Shown here piece after piece: positions 28,872 through 37,039 of a stretch of DNA of 64,000 nt (its first letter is position 1; each line of letters opens with the position of its first letter). Location of the stretch: assembly GCA_964648665.1 (NCBI GenBank), contig CAZYOA010000001.1, positions 112,128-176,127 of the forward strand, given 5' to 3'. The notes under the pieces are model-generated. The model was not told the DNA's origin and ran no database searches. It was given only the letters and a program-made list of their open reading frames with translations. Position numbers and translations under genes: made by a program. The DNA is from an uncultured Planctomycetales bacterium (lineage in GTDB: Bacteria; Omnitrophota; Gorgyraeia; Zapsychrales; Aceulaceae).

Positions 28872-31800
28872 ATGGTTCAGAAAATTAAATCAAAAAAACT
28901 AAATAGTTTCTTTAGGGCAACAGCTTTATGTGTGCTTATTTCTTTTACGCAGACATCGGTTGCTCCTATGGGCTTAACAAGTGTTTATGCTCAGCAGTCT
29001 TTGCTTGGATTGCCAGCACCTGGGGCAAGTGTGCCTTTGACGCCTAGTTTTGAGCCGATTACGCTTATTGGGCTAAAGGTTTACCCTGAAAATCCATTTC
29101 AAGTGGATTTTGTTGTTGATAGTGGCGACTCTGCGCTTTCTGATGATAATTTTGAAAGTGAATCAGAAAAGCTTATTAAGTATTTTTTATCTGCGTTAAC
29201 TATTCCTGAAAAAGATCTTTGGGTTAATCTTTCACCTCATGAAGAAAATCGAATTATTTCATCCAATTTTGGTCAGACTGAAATGGGAAGAGACTTGTTG
29301 GCGCAAGATTATATCTTAAAGCAAATTACGGCTTCTTTGATTTATCCAGAGAATGATCTTGGAAAACAATTTTGGAATCGCGTTTATAGCCAGGCCTACG
29401 AGAAATATGGGACAACAGATATTCCTATCGATACATTTAATAAAGTTTGGATTGTTCCTAAAAAGGCTGTTATTTATGAAAATGAAAATAAAGTTTTTGT
29501 TGCTGATAGTGAGCTTGAAGTTATGTTGGAGCAAGATTATTTAGCTCTTGAGAATGTAAATAATAAGGATATTAATAGTCAAGAGAACAGCTCGCTTGCA
29601 TCAAACATTGTGAGAGATATTGTAATTCCACAACTTCAAAAAGAAGTGAATCAAGGTGTAAACTTTGCACAATTAAGGCAAATTTATAATGCAGTTATTT
29701 TGGCGGCATGGTTTAAGGAGAACTTAAGAAATTTTGTTTTGACTCGTAATTATGCTGATCAAAGTAAAATCTTAGGCGTTGATGTTAAAGATAAGCAAAT
29801 TTCTGAAAAGATTTATCAAAGATATTTAGATGCATTTAAAAAGGGTGTTTGCAATTTTGTTAAAGTTGAATATAGCGAGCATGATCAAAAAAATATTCCA
29901 CGAAGATATTTTTCTGGTGGAACGGATTTGGCGGTTTCATCGTCGGGAATTCTTGAAAAAACAAAACAATCCTCTTCTGTGATTCCAAAAGGAAATTGTG
30001 CTGTAATTAAGCAAAAATTTATTGTATCTTCACAGCTAAATACTAGAAATGCACGTAGTTCGGATGAGCCTTTTTCAAGTCTTTTGAAAGAGAATTTTGA
30101 TGACAATTTGCCAATTTTAAAGAATATTTTGCGCAATATTAATATGAATTTTGCAGAAAGCGAAAAAGATCTCTTAAATCTTTCTAAATTTGTTTCTGTA
30201 AGGGAAGTTACTGATGAGCTAATCAAGATGCTAGACAAGCACGGAGGCGTGAAGAAAGAAATAGATCTTAGGGATTTTGGTTTTGAAACATCTGTTGGCA
30301 GTGTGAAGCTTCAAGAAAATGGTGTTATTTCTATTGTTCATCCGCTGTTTAGCGATAGCGCGATTAATATTCAAAGCTATCCAATTGTTATTTTTGCAAA
30401 GAATGTTGCCGATTCTGTTTATGAGCAAACACGAATTCGTCTTTGGATCAATTTTTTTAGAGAACGTGAGCGACATTCAGGTATAGCCATTCAAGATGGA
30501 CTTTTTGCTCAAACAATTAGGTTTTGGATTGAAGGTGCAGGTATTCTTGGTAAAAAACGATTGGAAGTTGTTGATGATCGAATAAAAGAATATAGAACGA
30601 GTGCATTTGAATTTCACGCAAAATGTGTTGCGGCGCAAGAAGCTTTTCTAGGGATTAAAGCTAGCAGGTCCTCTCTGGCGAATGGGAGTAGAGATATCGA
30701 TTTTGAATATGATGATGCTTCCGTTGTTGATGCGGCGCTAGAGGTTTCTCCATCGGATATGGATAAATTTTCTCATAATCAATTGCTCGAGAAATTTGTT
30801 TATTTGTCTAAAATGTTACGGGGTAAGAATATAGAGCAAATGGATTTTTCTACTTCTCGCAACGGAGAGCCCATGTGGATGGACTTTCGAACAGAAGAAG
30901 CTGCTGAAAAAAATCTCGAATGGTTCAAGGTCTTTCTTGCTCAAGTTCTTGAAAAAGAAGGGCATAACGAAAAAATTTCTCCATATAAAAGCTATTTTTT
31001 CTTAAAAGGGCAAAGTGGTAATAATCTAAACGGCAAAACATTTTTTACGCCACGAAAGATTCCGCTTACGATTGATAAGAAGCTTTTAAAAAATTTTGTA
31101 AGAAAATATAAAGAAAAGTATTCTAGTCAGAATGAAGATAAAGATCTTACCGATATAGATGAAGATGCTTTAAAAATGTTTTATGTTCTTTCTTTGTGGG
31201 TTGATCGAACAATTGAAGTTTTTGAGAAAGAAAAAGTTGTTGTAAGGAGAGACCGTTTTGTTGTTGATAAAGAGAAATTTTTAAGCGGGAGTGCTTATTC
31301 AAAAGATTTTTCGTCTTTTGTTAGCGAAAATTCAGAGAAGAATATTTTTATTAATCTTGATGGAACAATTGCTATTTTCGATAATCGTGGAGGAAAAAAA
31401 AGCTACTTATTTCAACCGAATGCTGATGAAATTTTTGATGAGCTTAAGACGCTAAAAGATAGTGGATTTAATATTATTCTTTGGAGTTCGAATCGGGAGT
31501 GGTTTATTCGTCATAATTTTGTTCGCCAGCCTGACAATGAAAAATGGGTAGATCTTTTTGATTTAATTATTACGCAAGAAAATTATAAGTCGCCAACGGA
31601 TGAAGAGCTTGCAGAAGCTTATTCAGAAGAAGAATTTAGTGATGCACAAAAGCTTTATGAAAATTTTAATTCTTTAAAAGATGTTTCAATGTTTGGTCCT
31701 TTGAGTCGCATTATTTTAAGCTCGCAACCTATGTATTTCGAACAGGGCACGCCTATTGAATCTAGGATTGAAGGTCAAACTTTTGTTACCGGGTATACTA

Positions 31801-34800
31801 GGGCAGGCGTTTCTGGCATGGCCAATAAGATTTTAGATGAAGTCTCAAAAGAAGAAAAAAAGATTAATAAAAAAAGACAAGGTGAAGAAGAGATAAAGTT
31901 TAACGAGCATCGAAAAAAAGAGTTATCAAGTTTTTCTCCTGGATATAGTCAGGAAATAAATGCTTCGCTTGAAATTATAAGTCTTATTTTTAAACACTTC
32001 GATAAAGATAATGCTCTTTTTGATAAATTTTTAAATATGTTTGATCTAAGCGGTCCAGAGGATGAGGATTATAGATGGGCTATGAATTTCTTTATTAAAT
32101 CAATGGCTTTGCATATTAAGAATTTTTCTATTCGATCTGAAATTACTTTGGATGAATATATAGAGATGTTTAGGGATGCTATCAAAAAAGGCCTCAAAGA
32201 TATTTCTCGAGATCAAAAAGAAGAGACTAAGGCGATCTTAGAATTAGTTAAAGACATGCTTTCTGGAAAGGTTATCGCTGATAAGATGAAGCCGGCAGAG
32301 ACTCGTGGTAGAAATTATGGAGCTTCTGATGTTGGATATTTCTTTGGATCTGAGCATTGGACTGAAGATGCAAAAGTTTTTTGGAAAAAGACTATTTCGC
32401 AGCGTTGGGAAAAGTTTGAAGAAACTAGTGATCCAAAAGAATTATTCTTACAATCAAGTCATCTTGTTGGTCATAAAGGAAAGCTGGCTTATTCTGAGGC
32501 ATTTATTATTAATGAAGCTTTGCGGAAGATTTATTCTGAAAAGAATTTAAGAGGTGAATATAAGAGTTTTGAAGAATGGAAGGCGAAATGGAATATTCGT
32601 ATTCATTGCTTTGAAACAAATTTAACAGATCTGCAGGATGCGTATTGGGGAGTTCCTATAACACAAAAAGAATATCTAAAGACACCAAATAAAACTCTTT
32701 TTCAATATGTAAAAGATGAAAATCTTTATTATCCAAAAGAAGAATATCGAGAGTGGATTCAATTTCTTCATTTAGACCCAAATAATCTTGAACAAATGCG
32801 ATTGTTTGACGCGCTTGAAGATGATGCGCGCTCGTTTATTTATGTTCTTCATAATTCTTCTGATTCAATACATGCGGGAAAGATGATAAATGCGATGATT
32901 TCTCAAAAAGAGGGCTCATCGTTAAAAAGATTTTTAGTTGGGAATACGTTCTTTTATATTGGAAAGAATTCTGGCAATGAAGTGTTTTCTCTCGAGATCG
33001 GAGATGGTTCAAAAACGCTTTTTAAGAGCGCGAAAACGCTGAAGGGTCAATTAATTCAGAATCTTAACGATAATGGAGGAAAGCTGTCTAACGTTCCGAA
33101 GTATTGGGCATTGATGGCTTTATTTTTTCTCGGTACAGAAGAGGATCTTGCCTTGGTTGAAAAAATTAATAAATCTGTTGAGCCAGCGCTGAAAAATCGT
33201 ATGACTAATGAAGTTGATTTAGATGCGATAAAAGGGATACGCCTTATTTCTTATTATATTGCTGCTTCTCTTAAAGGAGAGAGTTTAGAGAATGCAAATC
33301 TTGATTTAATTCCAAGTGATCTTCGAAAGGCTGATGTTGTTGTGTTGCGAAAATCTTTTCCAAGTTTTGAAAAAGGCGACCGTTTTGATGGGGTTGATTT
33401 ACCTCTTCTGCTTTTATCAGGACATATTTCTTTTGGTGTTGCGGATATGATTATACAGAACGAGCCAAATGTTGCGATGAGTAAGCATGCTTATGAAACA
33501 TATAAAGCGCTGTATAAGCTTATACATGATAAGGCCATTGAAGATAAGATTATTGATATTGCTCCTTTTCCAGCAGAAGGTTATCTTGAGGCACAAAAAA
33601 AGCTTTCTAATAGTTTTTCAAAGCTTATTAAGATGATCGCTTCTATTGATGCAGAAAGCATAAATGGTACATTTATTTCTGATTTAATTGTACAGTTTTT
33701 TGATAAAGTTTCTTTATCAGCAGATGTTATGAGCATGAAGCAAAAATATCTTATTAAGCAAGTCCAAGACTATAGAAAAGAATATTTTGATAAACATAAA
33801 GAATTTCCTATTGTTTATATTGTTAAGAATGATGATTATGAACATTCGGATATTGTTATCGAGCGAAACGATAGCGAGGAAACGATTGTTAAGAAGATTT
33901 TAGGTGAGAGTTCTTTGCCTGTTTTTGGTCTTAATGGTTTGTTGGCTCAGAATTTTGTTTTTCAAGAAATTGAAACGAGTGATTTGAATCTTGATAATGT
34001 TAAAGAAAAGCTTACCCCAGCGTTAGCCTTTGAAATTTTAAATACTTTACCTTTTCAGGGTGAGCGAACTGCTCGAGGTATTGAACTTTTAAATTCTATT
34101 GCCGAGCAAATTAATACAGATGAGAAATTTAAGAATTTGATTAAAGAGATTGGAATTTATCGATCGCTTTTTCACGAAGGGTTACGTTCAGGAATACAGA
34201 AGTGGATTGTTGATAATGATTATGCTAGCAAAGATGATTTAGAGCTTGTTTTTGGACCAATAAACTTTAGAAATGATCAGCATCCATATTTTGATTCTAA
34301 AAATATTGAAGTCCACGATGTTTTATCGGATGAAGCAATATCAAAGAATGTTTTGCTTGATTATGAATTTTTATCTGCTGAAAAAAGAATTGTTTATCAA
34401 AGAACAAATAAAGGGTTGGTGCGATTTGAATTTTCTTCAGACAGTCTTGTTGCGAAGTATGCTCTTGATAAAACAGCAAAAATTCGAAAATGGAAAGAAG
34501 AAGCCGTTGAGCTGAGTATTGTGGCGCGAAGGATTAAGGAGGCGATAGTAAATACTGAGCCTGGATCGCAATTAGATAATTTAAAGAGACAGAGAGAAAA
34601 TTTAAATAATATTTTAAAAGAACTGATCGAAGTTCGTAATAATTCTTATGCGGCTTTGACGCAAGAAATTAATAATCGCGCTTTATCTTTAAATAAAGAA
34701 TTTGGTGATGAGTTAAAGAATTCAAAGGTTTCAACGAAAATTAATTTTTATATTATGCAAAGTCAAATTGAAAATAATCCAGAAACAAAAGATTATCTCA

Positions 34801-36311
34801 GAGCTATGGTTGATGGTGTTCTTAATGCATATCCATTAGTGCAAATATCAATTGTGAGTATTGGGTCGGTTGAGCCTTTACGGCTTAAAGCCGATGAACG
34901 TATTACGCAAATTGTTGTTGATTCTGAAAAGGAGATTGAAGAGCTTTTAAAAAATGAACAAGATGTTCATGTGGGTGTTAATTATAAAGATTTTCATATG
35001 ATTGCAAATTCTGAAAGAGATATCATTACGTATCTGCCTCAACATGTTCATGAGATTGAAGGCCCGAGTGTTTGGTATCATCAGATGAAAGCTTGGACAG
35101 ACATGGCAAGTCCGTTTGGAACAGTTCCTTTTGATAGTATGCTCTTTGGCAACAAGCAAAAACGAGACATGATGACTCAAGCAGAGCTCGCATCTGCGCG
35201 CCAAACATGGGATGCGCAGAATTTAACCAAGGAACAAAGAGATGCTGTGCAAAAATTAAGTCAATATGGAGAAAAATGGTATTCTGATATTTCGATTAAA
35301 TCTTTTGCTGAATTTTATGATCCTCAACATTTTCTTGCTGAAATGGACAATCTGATTTTTGCGCTCAAAGAAGGATATATTCAAGATTTGTTTGTTCAGA
35401 AATTTAAGAAGAAAAATAAGATAAGAAATGGAAATCAGATTATCATTCATCTTCAAGCGAAAGATACAGATATCATTAAAGAGCTCGTTGATAAAGGGTT
35501 TTCTGTTATTGATCAAAAAGGTATTATTCATAATAAGGGACAAGAATATCCTGTGACCGTTATTCTGCAGGATTTTATTAAGCCAGCAGCAATAAAAATA
35601 TTGATGTCAAAGCTTTGTGGAACTTGTTTGAAGAGAAAAAATAAGAAATTGAAAACAACTGAAAACGAGGAAGGTGAGTTTTTTGTTGATTTTCCAATTT
35701 GCATTAAAGCCTCAAATTGGTTAAATTCTATTGCTGGTAGAAATTTAGCTATTTTTGATAATTCTAAGCTTGACGGAATGGAAAATGTGATTTTAGCGAC
35801 TCTTAAGAAACAGTTTATGGTGCAATATGCTGATCAGAATAAAGTTGAATTGGCAGAGAAAAAAGCTGTTGTTGCCTTAGAGGATTGCTTGATGGGAGGG
35901 AAAAGTGCTGGTGAAGAAGATGCGAAAGAGTTTGGAGATGAATTTGCGTTCTCAAAATATTATGATTTAGAGTCACAAACAGTACAAAAAAATTTTTATA
36001 CATCTGTGATGTTATTTTTTGATTTGAACGATGATATTTTAGCTGAGATTGATGAGCGAATTCACGATGATGAGCTTATTGCTGAAGACCCAAAAGAAGA
36101 GACTCTTCAAAATAAATCAAGTAGCAATATTGGAGGTATTAGTTTGAAATCAAGCGCAGAGGTGCTTCAGCGGCACGGACAGGCCTCTAATTTTGATACC
36201 TTGAACCAGTCTGTGGATATTCATTGGGCGAACATTCCAGGCCTTACTCCTGTTATTTTAAGCATTGTTCCGATTTCAGATTTTCATGGATTTGTTTTGA
36301 GTGTTAGGTAG
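28872..36311 (+). CDS. Giant secreted protein 2 (2479 aa): signal peptide, conserved head, unique ~2050-aa middle including an FCP1/HAD-like module, conserved tail. Function unknown
   Basis: Uninterrupted 7.4-kb ORF. The signal peptide ends VYA/QQ. Head residues ~41-350 are homologous to giant 1. The tail is KSSSNIGGISLKS...NIPGLTPVILSIVPI. No clear SD before the ATG, so the exact start is less certain than the ORF itself. Confidence 0.9.
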   Translation: MVQKIKSKKLNSFFRATALCVLISFTQTSVAPMGLTSVYAQQSLLGLPAPGASVPLTPSFEPITLIGLKVYPENPFQVDFVVDSGDSALSDDNFESESEKLIKYFLSALTIPEKDLWVNLSPHEENRIISSNFGQTEMGRDLLAQDYILKQITASLIYPENDLGKQFWNRVYSQAYEKYGTTDIPIDTFNKVWIVPKKAVIYENENKVFVADSELEVMLEQDYLALENVNNKDINSQENSSLASNIVRDIVIPQLQKEVNQGVNFAQLRQIYNAVILAAWFKENLRNFVLTRNYADQSKILGVDVKDKQISEKIYQRYLDAFKKGVCNFVKVEYSEHDQKNIPRRYFSGGTDLAVSSSGILEKTKQSSSVIPKGNCAVIKQKFIVSSQLNTRNARSSDEPFSSLLKENFDDNLPILKNILRNINMNFAESEKDLLNLSKFVSVREVTDELIKMLDKHGGVKKEIDLRDFGFETSVGSVKLQENGVISIVHPLFSDSAINIQSYPIVIFAKNVADSVYEQTRIRLWINFFRERERHSGIAIQDGLFAQTIRFWIEGAGILGKKRLEVVDDRIKEYRTSAFEFHAKCVAAQEAFLGIKASRSSLANGSRDIDFEYDDASVVDAALEVSPSDMDKFSHNQLLEKFVYLSKMLRGKNIEQMDFSTSRNGEPMWMDFRTEEAAEKNLEWFKVFLAQVLEKEGHNEKISPYKSYFFLKGQSGNNLNGKTFFTPRKIPLTIDKKLLKNFVRKYKEKYSSQNEDKDLTDIDEDALKMFYVLSLWVDRTIEVFEKEKVVVRRDRFVVDKEKFLSGSAYSKDFSSFVSENSEKNIFINLDGTIAIFDNRGGKKSYLFQPNADEIFDELKTLKDSGFNIILWSSNREWFIRHNFVRQPDNEKWVDLFDLIITQENYKSPTDEELAEAYSEEEFSDAQKLYENFNSLKDVSMFGPLSRIILSSQPMYFEQGTPIESRIEGQTFVTGYTRAGVSGMANKILDEVSKEEKKINKKRQGEEEIKFNEHRKKELSSFSPGYSQEINASLEIISLIFKHFDKDNALFDKFLNMFDLSGPEDEDYRWAMNFFIKSMALHIKNFSIRSEITLDEYIEMFRDAIKKGLKDISRDQKEETKAILELVKDMLSGKVIADKMKPAETRGRNYGASDVGYFFGSEHWTEDAKVFWKKTISQRWEKFEETSDPKELFLQSSHLVGHKGKLAYSEAFIINEALRKIYSEKNLRGEYKSFEEWKAKWNIRIHCFETNLTDLQDAYWGVPITQKEYLKTPNKTLFQYVKDENLYYPKEEYREWIQFLHLDPNNLEQMRLFDALEDDARSFIYVLHNSSDSIHAGKMINAMISQKEGSSLKRFLVGNTFFYIGKNSGNEVFSLEIGDGSKTLFKSAKTLKGQLIQNLNDNGGKLSNVPKYWALMALFFLGTEEDLALVEKINKSVEPALKNRMTNEVDLDAIKGIRLISYYIAASLKGESLENANLDLIPSDLRKADVVVLRKSFPSFEKGDRFDGVDLPLLLLSGHISFGVADMIIQNEPNVAMSKHAYETYKALYKLIHDKAIEDKIIDIAPFPAEGYLEAQKKLSNSFSKLIKMIASIDAESINGTFISDLIVQFFDKVSLSADVMSMKQKYLIKQVQDYRKEYFDKHKEFPIVYIVKNDDYEHSDIVIERNDSEETIVKKILGESSLPVFGLNGLLAQNFVFQEIETSDLNLDNVKEKLTPALAFEILNTLPFQGERTARGIELLNSIAEQINTDEKFKNLIKEIGIYRSLFHEGLRSGIQKWIVDNDYASKDDLELVFGPINFRNDQHPYFDSKNIEVHDVLSDEAISKNVLLDYEFLSAEKRIVYQRTNKGLVRFEFSSDSLVAKYALDKTAKIRKWKEEAVELSIVARRIKEAIVNTEPGSQLDNLKRQRENLNNILKELIEVRNNSYAALTQEINNRALSLNKEFGDELKNSKVSTKINFYIMQSQIENNPETKDYLRAMVDGVLNAYPLVQISIVSIGSVEPLRLKADERITQIVVDSEKEIEELLKNEQDVHVGVNYKDFHMIANSERDIITYLPQHVHEIEGPSVWYHQMKAWTDMASPFGTVPFDSMLFGNKQKRDMMTQAELASARQTWDAQNLTKEQRDAVQKLSQYGEKWYSDISIKSFAEFYDPQHFLAEMDNLIFALKEGYIQDLFVQKFKKKNKIRNGNQIIIHLQAKDTDIIKELVDKGFSVIDQKGIIHNKGQEYPVTVILQDFIKPAAIKILMSKLCGTCLKRKNKKLKTTENEEGEFFVDFPICIKASNWLNSIAGRNLAIFDNSKLDGMENVILATLKKQFMVQYADQNKVELAEKKAVVALEDCLMGGKSAGEEDAKEFGDEFAFSKYYDLESQTVQKNFYTSVMLFFDLNDDILAEIDERIHDDELIAEDPKEETLQNKSSSNIGGISLKSSAEVLQRHGQASNFDTLNQSVDIHWANIPGLTPVILSIVPISDFHGFVLSVR

Positions 36312-36337
36312 GGAAAATGTTTTATGATGATTTTGAT

Positions 36338-36366
36338 TTGACAAAGTTATCAATATTAGATAAACT
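36338..36366 (+). promoter_or_regulatory. Sigma-70-like promoter (TTGACA-17-TAAACT)
   Basis: TTGACA at 36338-36343, 17-nt spacer, TAAACT at 36361-36366. Lies upstream of the small ORF at 36405. Confidence 0.4.
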
Positions 36367-36404
36367 CTATGCAATTACATTACAGCTAACTGAAAGGAGT
36401 TCCA

Positions 36405-36575
36405 ATGGAAGAGTTATCCTTCTACGATGTTAAGACAAAAGCAAAATTTACAGCTTCAGAATATGAGGTGAGAGAAAAAAGTGGTCGTTTCTTTGCTGTT
36501 ACTAAATCTTTACAAGGGACACATGAATGCTGGAGAGTCCTTTCAAAAGATCAAGCAGCAAAATCAAAGAAGTAA
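36405..36575 (+). CDS. Small basic hypothetical protein (56 aa), absent from the supplied ORF track
   Basis: My translation is MEELSFYDVKTKAKFTASEYEVREKSGRFFAVTKSLQGTHECWRVLSKDQAAKSKK. AAGGAG RBS 6 nt upstream, own promoter-like element, stop TAA at 36573-36575. Confidence 0.5.
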   Translation: MEELSFYDVKTKAKFTASEYEVREKSGRFFAVTKSLQGTHECWRVLSKDQAAKSKK

Positions 36576-36646
36576 TTCGGTAAAACAAACTATTAAAGGT
36601 ATTTTAATTTTTTTAAGGCTAAATTGTGTATAGATTAGGTTGAGAA

Positions 36647-37030
36647 GTGACAAAAAAATCTCCTATTACAGTTAAACAAACCCAGCGGACAGCAAAGAAG
36701 ACCATTCAATCGATTGCAGAGTTTGCTTTAAGCAAAAAGGCTGAAGAGATTGTTGTGCTTGATGTTCGAAAAGTGGCGAATTTCTGTGATTATTTTATTA
36801 TTTGTTCTGGAAATTCTGATCGTCAAGTTAAAGCTATTGCTGATGGGATACGCGAGGGTCTTTGTGAAGAAGGCACTTCAGTGGCGCGTCCACAAGGATA
36901 CAAAGATGCAAATTGGGTTATCCTTGATATCGGTGATATTGTAATCCATGTTTTCGAGAAACAATCACGAGAATTTTATGGTCTTGAGCATCTCTGGCAG
37001 GGTGGGAAAAAGATTGACTGGCAAAAGTAA
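36647..37030 (+). CDS. rsfS: Ribosomal silencing factor RsfS (iojap family)
   Basis: 127 aa. EEIVVLDVRKVANFCDYFIICSGNSDRQVKAIAD and WVILDIGDIVIHVF...R.FY.LE.LW are typical RsfS signatures. GTG start. Confidence 0.85.
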   Translation: MTKKSPITVKQTQRTAKKTIQSIAEFALSKKAEEIVVLDVRKVANFCDYFIICSGNSDRQVKAIADGIREGLCEEGTSVARPQGYKDANWVILDIGDIVIHVFEKQSREFYGLEHLWQGGKKIDWQK

Positions 37031-37039
37031 TTTTAAAAA

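Noticed and set aside
15983-36311. Classifying the giant proteins as RTX adhesins, Ig/cadherin-repeat adhesins, RHS/YD toxins, autotransporters or LPXTG/PEP-CTERM proteins.
   Set aside because: I see no GGxGxD nonapeptides, no regular ~90-110-aa tandem Ig-like array, no YD repeats, no C-terminal barrel signature ending in an aromatic residue, and no LPXTG or PEP motif. The family is left unassigned rather than forced.
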